Origin: Candidatus Limosilactobacillus merdipullorum | Lineage (GTDB): Bacteria > Bacillota > Bacilli > Lactobacillales > Lactobacillaceae | Length of the DNA: 46,228 bases | Reading direction: 5' to 3' | Assembly: GCA_019113965.1 (NCBI GenBank) | Contig: DXGK01000022.1 | Span: forward strand, 1 to 46,228 | Shown here: positions 12,116-20,781 of the stretch, in pieces | Numbering within the stretch: the first letter of the stretch is position 1 | Layout: each line of letters begins with the position of its first letter | The notes under the pieces: generated by a model | Told to the model about the DNA's origin: nothing | Database searches by the model: none | What the model saw: only the letters and a program-made list of their open reading frames with translations | Made by a program: the position numbers and the translations under genes

Positions 12116-12763
12116 CTAATCAGTTACATTGCTGACGTTTTGGGTCTGCGGATTGTAATCAAAGATCCCAACTAAGTTTGAAACGGTGTGGTCATCATTA
12201 TCCTGACGAACTTCGTAGCGGTAAACACCGTTGGTATGGCTCTGGGTAATGATCTGGTAGTGACTGTCATTAAAGCCCATTTGGTTGGCAAAGGCAATTA
12301 CAGCCCGGTCATTGGCACTGCGGTTAGCAGCGGCCTGGGACTGTGTTGGTCCACCGGTCTGTTGTTGAACTGCTCGTGCGTGAAGAGCCTTCGTCGCTGA
12401 TTGCAGCGTATCATTGTTAGACTGTGTGGTCTTGGTTGACTCGGCTGCTTGGCTGTACTGCTGGTTGGAATAAGCATCTTGAGCCCGCAGGTAGTGCCGC
12501 AGGTCCGCCTTTAAATCCTTAACTTTTTGCGAAGGTGAATGGACATCATTTAAGCGGTCCAGCGCCGTCTGGTAACGTCCTTCCTTAATAAATCTCTTAG
12601 CATCTTTAATCGCCTTAGCAGAAGGACTCAGCTCCTGATTAGCAGATGAACTGCTACTGGACGATGACGAAGTCGTTGTTGCCTGGTGACCACAGCCAAC
12701 TAGCATCGTTCCCATCAACAAAACCGCTAAGCCACTGGCAAGTCGCCGACTATTCTTTTTCAT
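12116..12763 (-). CDS. Hypothetical lipoprotein
   Basis: Signal peptide with LVGC lipobox, Thr/Ser-rich linker, helical segment. Confidence 0.8.
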   Translation of the reverse strand: MKKNSRRLASGLAVLLMGTMLVGCGHQATTTSSSSSSSSSANQELSPSAKAIKDAKRFIKEGRYQTALDRLNDVHSPSQKVKDLKADLRHYLRAQDAYSNQQYSQAAESTKTTQSNNDTLQSATKALHARAVQQQTGGPTQSQAAANRSANDRAVIAFANQMGFNDSHYQIITQSHTNGVYRYEVRQDNDDHTVSNLVGIFDYNPQTQNVSNVTD

Positions 12764-13048
12764 AATGAAACCCTCCCTTACCTATCGACTTTATTTTACC
12801 AATTTTCGGCCGTCAATTACCAATTAAACCGCTATCTTAACAATTACTTTAGTTACTAGACCAATATAATTCTTTGGCAAATACTCCGTCAGCAATTAAA
12901 TGAGCCCCGTTGTCAGACATTCTCCCTACACAATTTTTAAGGAAGATTATTAGGAACAATCTCATTTTTTCATTGATTGTCTCCCACAGATCATCTAAGC
13001 TGATTAGTATGCAATTTACAATTAATTAGCAATCGGGTGTTAAACAAC

Positions 13049-14479
13049 ATGAGCAATTTTTTCAAACGTCTTGGTAAGAAGCAGGATCCGGCGTTTTACC
13101 AACAAAAGGACATGCACTTAATCCCCTCCTTGACCACCAAAGACCTGCTCGGCTTAGGACTCGGCATGGTCGTGGGAACCGCCATCTTTACTTTGCCAGG
13201 GATTGTAGCCGCCGAACACACCGGTCCAGCAGTCGCACTCTCCTTTATTCTCGGGGCAATTGGGTCCGGCCTGTCCTCATTTGCATATGCAGAAATGGCA
13301 GCAGCAATGCCTTTTGCAGGTTCCGCCTTCTCCTGGATCAGTATCTTGTTTGGCGAATTTTTCGGCTGGATTACCGGGTGGGCACTCTTAGCCGAATACT
13401 TTATTTCGGTGGCCTTCGTTGCTTCTGGTTGGTCAGCCTACATGCGTGGTTTTCTAGCCAGCCTGGGCTTAAAGCTACCACCAGCCATTTCAGCCGGGTT
13501 CAACCCCCAGCAGGGGAGTTACGTCGACCTTTTATCAGTCATCGCCATCCTCGCCGTAGGCTTTCTCCTAAGTAAAGGCGCCCACACCGTTTCGCGGGTG
13601 GAAAACACCATTGTCGCGATCAAGCTGATTGTCGTTATTTTGTTCATCGTCGTTGGTGCGACAGCCATTCGTGCTAGCAACTACGTTCCATTTATTCCTC
13701 CGCACCGGCCTGGAACCACGTTTGGTGGCATCTCTGGGATCATCGCCGGAACCGCCCAGATCTTTATCGCCTACGTCGGCTTTGACGCCATTGCTGCCAA
13801 CTCGGCCGAAGTCAAGGATCCTGGCAAGATGATGCCGCGCGGGTTAATCGGGACGCTTGTTATTGGAACCAGTTTCTTTATCTTGGTTTCCCTGGTCCTG
13901 GTCGGAATGTTCAAGTACAGCGTCTACCGCAATAATGCGGAACCAGCAGCCTGGGCATTGCGCCATTCCGGACACTATATTACTGCTAACCTCTTATCGA
14001 TTGTGGCAATCATCGGCATTTTTGCCGCGCTCATTGCCATCCACCTGGCCAGTTCGCGCCTGCTATATTCCTTTGGTCGCGATGGCTTACTGCCGGCTTT
14101 TTTAGGAGTGACTAACGACCGTCACCTGCCATTAAACGCACTCGATGTGATCACGATTGCGGCCATCGTTATCGCCGGTTTTCTGCCCTTCACCTTCTTA
14201 GCCAACCTGGTCTCGGCGGGAACCCTGGTGGCCTTTATCATGGTCTCACTGGCAGTTTATGCTCTGCGTCCTCGCGAAGGCCAGGACCTGCCGGTACCAA
14301 AGTTCAAAATGCCGTTTTATCCGGTAGCCCCGGCCCTATCAGCAGCATTTTCGCTCGTCATTTTTTGGGGATTAAATCCTGATGCAAAGTTACTAATGGT
14401 GGCCTGGTTCCTCATCGGCATCATCATCTACTTTGTTTACGGGATTAACCATTCCCAGTTGCAAAAAAACAATTCATAA
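13049..14479 (+). CDS. APC family amino acid permease
   Basis: GMVVGTAIF, YAEMAA..P.AGSA, FIAYVGFD, RDGLLP; about 12 TM segments; start uncertain (GTG 13037 or ATG 13049). Confidence 0.9.
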   Translation: MSNFFKRLGKKQDPAFYQQKDMHLIPSLTTKDLLGLGLGMVVGTAIFTLPGIVAAEHTGPAVALSFILGAIGSGLSSFAYAEMAAAMPFAGSAFSWISILFGEFFGWITGWALLAEYFISVAFVASGWSAYMRGFLASLGLKLPPAISAGFNPQQGSYVDLLSVIAILAVGFLLSKGAHTVSRVENTIVAIKLIVVILFIVVGATAIRASNYVPFIPPHRPGTTFGGISGIIAGTAQIFIAYVGFDAIAANSAEVKDPGKMMPRGLIGTLVIGTSFFILVSLVLVGMFKYSVYRNNAEPAAWALRHSGHYITANLLSIVAIIGIFAALIAIHLASSRLLYSFGRDGLLPAFLGVTNDRHLPLNALDVITIAAIVIAGFLPFTFLANLVSAGTLVAFIMVSLAVYALRPREGQDLPVPKFKMPFYPVAPALSAAFSLVIFWGLNPDAKLLMVAWFLIGIIIYFVYGINHSQLQKNNS

Positions 14480-14507
14480 CTCGCATCCCCGGTAATTAGA
14501 AAAAGAT

Positions 14508-15209
14508 TTGACAATGATGGAGACTAACAAAACGGCCAATTTTGCATTTGCTTTTCGCCAGTCTATTCCCATCCTTTTTGGTTACGTAATGCTGGGATTT
14601 GGTTACGGCCTCTATATGCATAACCTTGGTCTGGCATTTTGGTACCCACCACTTATGACAGCAACCGTCTATGGTGGTTCGGTCGAATTTATCCTCGCCA
14701 ACATGCTGATTCAAAAGTTCAACCCGCTGACGGTACTAAGCGTGACCTTGGTAGTTGGGTTTCGGCAGTTCTTCTATGGCTTGTCAATGCTCAAACGCTA
14801 CCGCAGTGCCGGCTAGCGCAAGTGGTTGTTAATTTTTGGTCTCAGCGATGAAACATTTGTGTTGAACTACTATACCAAGGTTCCCCAGGGTCTTGACCAA
14901 ACCGTTTGGATTACTGCCTTGGACTGGTTTTACTGGGTACTCGGTGCCTTTCTGGGCGGCTTTTTAGGCCATATTTTTCAGCTGCAGATCAAGGGCATTG
15001 ACTTCATCATGACCGCCCTCTTCATCGTCCTGGCCCTCGACCAAATCTTGCGGGAAGAAAACCACATCAGTTCCATTAGTGGCATTGTCATCACGGTCGT
15101 CTGCCTGTTGGCATTCGGTAAAACGTACTTCATTATTGCCGCCCTGCTACTCCTGGTTTTGGAATACTACCTGTTGCAACGTCACCAGCAAAAGGAGCTG
15201 AAAAAATGA
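14508..15209 (+). pseudogene. azlC: AzlC family exporter subunit interrupted by an in-frame TAG
   Basis: The two track ORFs are one frame: ...SAG-TAG(14814-14816)-RKWLLIFGLSDETF; AzlC-type motifs on both sides. Confidence 0.85.
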
Positions 15210-15547
15210 CAGTCGTTGAAAGATTGCTTTCTATCGCCATTGCGGCCCTAGCCAATTTTGCCACCCGTGTCGCCCCTTTTCTCCTCTTTGCCCATTCACA
15301 CAATGGTAAGAGTGAGATCAGTCCTTTTATTGAAGGACTCGGTAAATTTTTGCCGCCAGCAATTATGGCCCTGCTGGTCGTCTACTGTTTTCGCAACGTT
15401 AACTTCTTGGGTGGAACGCACGGCTTACCCGAATTATTAGCGGCAGGTGTCACCATCGAGGTGCACCTGTGGAAGCGTAACATGTTCCTTTCGTTGATTG
15501 TCGGTACCCTGACTTATATCCTGCTGGTTCACTTCGTGTTTGCTTAG
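15206..15547 (+). CDS. azlD: AzlD family branched-chain amino acid export protein
   Basis: TRVAPF, LPPAIMALLVVYC, HLWKRNMFLS; ATGA overlap with azlC. Confidence 0.88.
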   Translation: MTVVERLLSIAIAALANFATRVAPFLLFAHSHNGKSEISPFIEGLGKFLPPAIMALLVVYCFRNVNFLGGTHGLPELLAAGVTIEVHLWKRNMFLSLIVGTLTYILLVHFVFA

Positions 15548-15582
15548 TGGCTAACTAATAACACTTTAATAAAGATAACGCG

Positions 15583-15913
15583 GATTCTCAGTCTTTATGG
15601 TGAACACCTCTATGACATCAGCTCGCACTTTTGCGGAGCTGAAACACCATGATGATTTCCCATCCCTTACCGGTCTGGAACGTGGTGGACACCGTTTGGA
15701 GCCCCTCGTCATGCGACGGTCTCCAAATCGAGTCTTTGCCTAAGCGGTAACCGCTAAGGCAAATTTCACCACTGAGACCGGTGGCTGTTTCATCATCACT
15801 TGCTGGTTCGGTAACAACTTAAACTGCACTTTACGACTGAGCTCTACAGTAGTTCGCTGATGTTACATTAAGTAGAACAAAGTTTGCTAACTGCTGAGAA
15901 CGGCAACTGAGTC
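15583..15913 (+). repeat. Nested structured repeat locus A: R1[R2[R1]]
   Basis: Intact R1 core 15669-15782 (ACCGGTCT-GGAAC-GTGGTG...CACCAC-TG-AGACCGGT); R2 arms ACATCAGC 15615 / GCTGATGT 15863; decayed outer R1 arms CTCAGT 15587 / ACTGAG 15906. Confidence 0.85.
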
Positions 15914-16017
15914 GTCCACGCTGTTCAACAAACTGTTAGAACACCAATTACAAACACTACATGTCATAGAATAATTTCAGCAAAAACCAGAAGCCTACCT
16001 TAGCTTTCATCATCTTT

Positions 16018-16274
16018 TCAACCCTGTGAAGGTTGGCGGTCTCAGTGGTCCATTTTGTTCTATTTGTTTGCTAGCCAAGCATCAGCGCAGCGCTGTGGGG
16101 GCTCAGCCGTGAAGTTGTCGTTAACGATTTATCGTTTACGACAAGACCAAGCTTTGAGACACAAGCGTAGCTTGGCTCAAAGTTGTGTCCACGGCGTTCC
16201 AGCCCCACAACAAGCGTGAGCTGACGCTGATATCTCCACCACGTTCCAGACCGCAAACAACCGAGCCGGATTGA
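16018..16274 (-). repeat. Nested structured repeat locus B: R1[R2]
   Basis: Minus strand GCGGTCT-GGAAC-GTGGTG...ACCAC-TG-AGACCGC (16036-16254) enclosing an intact R2, GGGCT-GGAAC-GCCGTG...CACGGC-TG-AGCCC (16094-16209; arms to 16081/16231). Confidence 0.88.
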
Positions 16275-16340
16275 ATATTATTGGCTATTCCAGACTTGAG
16301 CCATTAATACTTTTTGCCAATCCAATATCAAAATTGAACT

Positions 16341-16377
16341 AAAAAAGCAGGAAGACCATCATGAGTCTTCCTGCTTT
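16341..16377. terminator. Terminator of the amino acid ABC operon
   Basis: AAAGCAGGAAGAC...GTCTTCCTGCTTT, with a 6-U tail on the minus strand. Confidence 0.85.
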
Positions 16378-16443
16378 AATTATTCAATGGACACACTGGC
16401 TAACGCCTACGCAAGTTAACCAGTGATTTTTGCTGGTAAAAGC

Positions 16444-17301
16444 TTAGTTACCTTGCTTCAAAACGATGTCGCTTGGCTTAACTTCACTACCGAAGTAAGG
16501 CTTCAGTTCCTTGTTGTAGTCGTCAGTGAAGAAACTCTGCTTGTTCAGCTTGGTAATTTCACTGTTGGTCCAGTTCAAAAGGGACTTGTTACCCTTCTTA
16601 ACGGCTGGAGCGATGTACTGGTGAGGGCCAACGCTCTTGATTCCAACGGTGTACTTCGGGTTGCGCTTAACCCAGGCGTACAGGTAAGAGTTGTCGTCGG
16701 CCAATGCAGCACCACGGCCGTTCTTCAAAGCGTTGAATTGCTGGGTCTTGGAGTCAAACTTCAACAGGGAAACGCTCTTTTGCTTAGAAGTAAAGTAGTT
16801 TTCGGCAGTGGTCCCCTTAGTGACGATCAGTTGCTTGCCATTCAGTTGGCTCAGCTTGGTGATCTTCTTGTTCTTTGGCGAAACAACACCGACGGAAACC
16901 TTCATATACGGCTTAGCCCAGTCAACCACATTCTTCCGTTCAGGGGTTTCGGTAAAGTTAGCCAGGACGATATCAGCCTTGTTGGAGTTCAGGGTGTCGA
17001 CACGGTTGTTGGCGTTAACTTGGATGAACTTCACCTTGACGCCCATGTCCTTGGCCATCCGCCGTGCCAGGGCAACGTCATAACCAACACGCTTGCCATC
17101 CTTGTTAACCCAGCCGTATGGTGGCAGGTCGCCAAATGTGGCTACCCGCAGGACACCACGTTTCTTAATTGCGGAAACTGAACTGCTATTTGAATCTGCA
17201 TTAGCAGTTGCCGGTTTGAAGTTAACTGCACTCAGTGTTAATGCTGCCACACTAGCTACGGCAACGGCTGCCTTAATGATCTTTTTCCAATTAATCGTCA
17301 T
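16444..17301 (-). CDS. Polar amino acid ABC transporter substrate-binding protein, CjaA-like (likely cysteine)
   Basis: FGDLPPYG, GYDVALA, NRVDTL.SNKADIVLANFTETPER, PYMKV resemble the Campylobacter cysteine-binding CjaA as recalled; start MTIN after AAGGAG. Confidence 0.85.
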   Translation of the reverse strand: MTINWKKIIKAAVAVASVAALTLSAVNFKPATANADSNSSSVSAIKKRGVLRVATFGDLPPYGWVNKDGKRVGYDVALARRMAKDMGVKVKFIQVNANNRVDTLNSNKADIVLANFTETPERKNVVDWAKPYMKVSVGVVSPKNKKITKLSQLNGKQLIVTKGTTAENYFTSKQKSVSLLKFDSKTQQFNALKNGRGAALADDNSYLYAWVKRNPKYTVGIKSVGPHQYIAPAVKKGNKSLLNWTNSEITKLNKQSFFTDDYNKELKPYFGSEVKPSDIVLKQGN

Positions 17302-17325
17302 AATAATTGCTCCTTTTCTCAAATG

Positions 17326-18066
17326 CTAATAGTCCATGCTACCTAAGAACTCTGCTGCCCGCTCTGTCTGTGGGTGTTCAAAGAACTGCTTTCCCGGCGT
17401 TTCTTCCAGGATCTTACCATTTTCCAAGAACAGTACCCGATCAGCAATCTGCGCGGCAAAGTTCATCTCGTGAGTAACGATGATCATCGTCATGTGGTCG
17501 CGGTCGGACAACTCCTTGATGATGTTCAACACGCCCCGCACCATTTCGGGGTCCAGGGAGGCCGTGACTTCATCAAACAGCATCAACTCCGGATGCATTG
17601 CCAACGCCCGGACAATTGCAATCCGTTGTTTTTGTCCACCGGACAGCTGACGAGGATAAGAATCAGCTTGGTCGGCGAGACCTACCCGCTCCAGCAACTT
17701 CATTGCTTCTTTCTTAACGCTCCCCTCTTCACGGTGTTGAACCTTCACCGGTGCTAAGAGGATGTTTTCCATTACCGTCAAATTAGGAAAGAGGTCGTAG
17801 CTTTGGAAGACCATCCCAATCTTTTGCCGGAGTGCCAACCATTGCTGGTGGGACGGCTCAATTTTCTTGCCGTGGAAGTAAATGCTACCATCGCGGAAGT
17901 CTTCCAACCCGTTGAGTGTCCGCAATAAGGTACTCTTCCCAGAGCCGGACGGTCCCAGCAGGGTGACTACTTCCCCACGGTCAATCTTAAAGTTGATGTC
18001 GTATAGTGCTTGCCAGTCTCCATAAAACTTATTCAGGTGTTCCACCCGTAATACTTCTTCTGCCAT
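17326..18066 (-). CDS. Amino acid ABC transporter ATP-binding protein (GlnQ-like)
   Basis: GPSGSGKS, LSGGQKQR, LFDE, VTHEM. Confidence 0.93.
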   Translation of the reverse strand: MAEEVLRVEHLNKFYGDWQALYDINFKIDRGEVVTLLGPSGSGKSTLLRTLNGLEDFRDGSIYFHGKKIEPSHQQWLALRQKIGMVFQSYDLFPNLTVMENILLAPVKVQHREEGSVKKEAMKLLERVGLADQADSYPRQLSGGQKQRIAIVRALAMHPELMLFDEVTASLDPEMVRGVLNIIKELSDRDHMTMIIVTHEMNFAAQIADRVLFLENGKILEETPGKQFFEHPQTERAAEFLGSMDY

Positions 18067-18097
18067 TGTTTCACCTACCTTCGTTATTTAGTCGTTA

Positions 18098-18766
18098 TCA
18101 GCCAGCCATCAGGTGTTTTGCCCACCGTGCCAGCGGGTAATCCACGATGAAGTAAAGAAAGAAAATCAATCCGTATACCCAGAAGACCCCTGTTGGGTAA
18201 TTCTGATTGTTAGCTTCGATAATCTGTTGTCCCACGTTAATTACGTCCATGATACTGATCATCATCAGTAGCGAAGTAGTTTTAATCACCCGCGTTGCCA
18301 GGTTGATCGTTGCAGGCAATTCGAGGCGGAAGGCCTGTGGTAGGAGAACGTAACGGAATAGTTGCCATTCGTTCATCCCGAGTGCTAACCCCGTTTCACG
18401 CTGGTGCACCGGCACCGATTCTAGTGCTCCGCGGACAATGTCGCTGAACTCTGCCGATACCCAGAGGGCAAAGGCGAGGATAGCCATCCAGGTTGCTGGC
18501 CAGTTAACGTGGAACTGGCGTGGCAGGATATAGTAAACTAGGAAAAGCAGCACCACCGTTGGGACAATCCGGAAAAACTCCAGGTAGATCATCAGGATGA
18601 AGCGGATGATTTTGCTGTTCATCGTCCGCAACAAGCCAAGGAGCGTACCCAGCGCTAAGCCAATTACTAACGCCAACGCCGCAATCCAAATGGCGGTCCA
18701 TAGGCCACCCATTAGTCGGGCAAAGTTGGTTCCTTCAAATAAGACGTTAATTCCCGAATGTGCCAT
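18098..18766 (-). CDS. Amino acid ABC transporter permease
   Basis: HisM/GlnP-type permease; EAA-like loop ETGLALGM. Confidence 0.9.
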   Translation of the reverse strand: MAHSGINVLFEGTNFARLMGGLWTAIWIAALALVIGLALGTLLGLLRTMNSKIIRFILMIYLEFFRIVPTVVLLFLVYYILPRQFHVNWPATWMAILAFALWVSAEFSDIVRGALESVPVHQRETGLALGMNEWQLFRYVLLPQAFRLELPATINLATRVIKTTSLLMMISIMDVINVGQQIIEANNQNYPTGVFWVYGLIFFLYFIVDYPLARWAKHLMAG

Positions 18767-19406
18767 AACGAACCCTCCTTTCTAACCAGTCAAAGAAAAT
18801 AATCAACGGAATCAGGATAATTGCGTAAGCGACTACCAACACGAAAAGATATTCGTTTGACCGGTAGTACATCCCGATTAAATCTAGCGCGGTGTTGGTT
18901 AACTCTGGGATCGCAATCACAGAGAAGATCGATGTTTCCTTAATCAGGAAAATCACATTGGCGGCCAATGCCGGCATGCTGAGCGCCAATCCCTGACGAA
19001 AAACAACGTAGCGAGCTAGTTGAAGCTTGTTCATCCCGAGGGCCTCACCGGCTTCAATTTGTGACTTAGGAACTCCGTCAAATCCACCGAGGAATCCCTC
19101 TGCCATGTAGGCACCGCCCAGAAAAATCAAACCAATGATCCCAGCAGTTTTTGCTGACATTTTCCATCCCATCACCGGGAAGGCGTAGTACAGGAAAAAC
19201 AACTGAATTAACAGTGGTGTGTTACGAGCTAATTCAACGTAGGCTGTAACAATTCGGCTAATTACCGGAACCTTAAAGAACTGAATCAAACTAGCGATGA
19301 TTCCAACGATAATGGCGCCGATAATCCCCACAAACGATAGCCACAGGGTTAACTTAAAGCCAGCAACAAAGTTTGGCAGGCTCTGTGAGATGACGCTCCA
19401 ATCCAT
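18747..19406 (-). CDS. Amino acid ABC transporter permease
   Basis: RNTPLLIQLFFLYY, EAGEALGM, IKETS. Confidence 0.9.
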   Translation of the reverse strand: MDWSVISQSLPNFVAGFKLTLWLSFVGIIGAIIVGIIASLIQFFKVPVISRIVTAYVELARNTPLLIQLFFLYYAFPVMGWKMSAKTAGIIGLIFLGGAYMAEGFLGGFDGVPKSQIEAGEALGMNKLQLARYVVFRQGLALSMPALAANVIFLIKETSIFSVIAIPELTNTALDLIGMYYRSNEYLFVLVVAYAIILIPLIIFFDWLERRVRYGTFGN

Positions 19407-19452
19407 TACTTTTAATCCCCCTTAGTTCTTATTTTTTGTAATTAAAAATAGC

Positions 19453-19493
19453 AAAGAAAAAGACCTGCGATCCCTCTCAGACATCGCAGGTCT
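19453..19493 (-). terminator. Leader (attenuator) terminator of the ABC operon
   Basis: Perfect 11-bp stem AGACCTGCGAT/ATCGCAGGTCT followed by UUUUCUUU, about 50 nt upstream of the first permease start. Confidence 0.85.
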
Positions 19494-19546
19494 CATTAGT
19501 CGCGGTGCATTATCTCCGCTATTCTACCGACTAATCGAGGTACGAA

Positions 19547-19633
19547 TTACTGAACTCTGGGCATGTCAAATAGGCTGTTGCAGCAAGTACAACAACATAC
19601 ACAAAGTTCAGTTGACAGCTCAAAGTTTTGCAT
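19547..19633 (-). CDS. Putative poly-cysteine leader peptide MQNFELSTELCVCCCTCCNSLFDMPRVQ (28 aa)
   Basis: Manual translation; RBS GAGGAG 9 nt before ATG; 6 Cys in codons 11-18; lies between a promoter and a terminator. Confidence 0.8.
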   Translation of the reverse strand: MQNFELSTELCVCCCTCCNSLFDMPRVQ

Positions 19634-19665
19634 GTAATTCGTCTCCTCTCTTTTTGTTAGTTTGT

Positions 19666-19694
19666 ATTCTAATGGCCTTCTCATTACAAGTCAA
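19666..19694 (-). promoter_or_regulatory. Sigma-A promoter of the leader/ABC operon
   Basis: TTGACT-17bp-TAGAAT. Confidence 0.75.
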
Positions 19695-19722
19695 CAAAAA
19701 ACTTACTTTTTATCAGGATTTT

Positions 19723-20712
19723 TTATTGGTCTTCGTCGCTCATTTCCGTGAAAAGGTTGTTAAAGAGCGGGCTGACCGGCCGGTTCTCGTTAATCCGCTT
19801 AATGGCCGAACCAATCAACGGAGCAACAGAAACCTGCTTGATTTTATCGATCTGCTTTTCCGGTGTGAGTTGGATGGAATCAGTCACCACTACTTCTTTC
19901 AGTGGCGACTTCTCCAGGCGCTCAATTGCCGGACCGGATAAAACGGCATGGGTAGCTGCGGCATAAACTTCCTTGGCACCCTGCTTCATCAGCGCCTCTG
20001 ATCCCAAGGTAATGGTACCAGCGGTATCGATCATGTCGTCCAACATGATACATTTCTTGCCCCGAACGTCACCGATGATATTCATGATTTGCGCCACGTT
20101 GGCCCGTGGACGACGCTTATCAATGATGGCAATTGGCGCCTTCAGAAATTCAGCCAGGGCACGGGCACGGGTAACCCCACCATGGTCCGGTGAAATAACG
20201 ACTGCATCCTTGGCAATCCCATTTTCAATAAAGTAGTCGGCCAGCAATGGAGCACCCATTAAGTGATCAACCGGAATATCAAAGAATCCCTGGATTTGGG
20301 CAGCGTGCAGGTCAAGCGCCAATACCCGGTCGGCACCAGCATGCTCAATCATGTTGGCGACCAGTTTAGCAGTGATCGGTTCCCGCGAACGGGTCTTCCG
20401 GTCCTGACGGGCGTACCCATAGTAAGGCAGCACAACATTAATGGTGTTTGCCGAAGCCCGCCGCAGGGCATCAATCATAATCAGCAATTCCATCAGATTG
20501 TCATTGACGGGTGCGGAAGTCGATTGGATAACGTAAACGTTGTCCCCCCGAATACTTTCTTCAATATTGATCTGAATTTCCCCATCGGAAAAACGGTCAA
20601 CAGATAACTTCCCCAGGTTCACCCCAACGTAATCGGCAATTTTCTTTGCCAGTGGTCGGTTGGAGTTAAGGGCAAAAATCTTCAATCGATCATCAAAATA
20701 ACGTTCTTTCAT
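19723..20712 (-). CDS. prs: Ribose-phosphate pyrophosphokinase
   Basis: [40 protein letters not shown]; start MKER after GGAGG. Confidence 0.96.
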   Translation of the reverse strand: MKERYFDDRLKIFALNSNRPLAKKIADYVGVNLGKLSVDRFSDGEIQINIEESIRGDNVYVIQSTSAPVNDNLMELLIMIDALRRASANTINVVLPYYGYARQDRKTRSREPITAKLVANMIEHAGADRVLALDLHAAQIQGFFDIPVDHLMGAPLLADYFIENGIAKDAVVISPDHGGVTRARALAEFLKAPIAIIDKRRPRANVAQIMNIIGDVRGKKCIMLDDMIDTAGTITLGSEALMKQGAKEVYAAATHAVLSGPAIERLEKSPLKEVVVTDSIQLTPEKQIDKIKQVSVAPLIGSAIKRINENRPVSPLFNNLFTEMSDEDQ

Positions 20713-20781
20713 CGGATCCTCCAATTTAAACAATGCGCATACGCTTACATCATAAGGGCTTTTCGGCTAAAGCGCAACCGT

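Noticed and set aside
15669-15690. UGGAAC in R1/R2 as a T-box antiterminator bulge
   Set aside because: It faces UG as an internal loop, there is no stem I, specifier or following terminator, and the copies lie in convergent gaps or antisense to neighbouring genes.
16423-17181. 252-aa antisense ORF and the many other short overlapping track ORFs
   Set aside because: They shadow well-supported genes on the opposite strand or in another frame and have no recognisable motifs.
19407-19720. T-box upstream of the amino acid ABC operon
   Set aside because: No AGGGUGGNACC T-box consensus or recognisable stem I; a leader peptide explains the region better.
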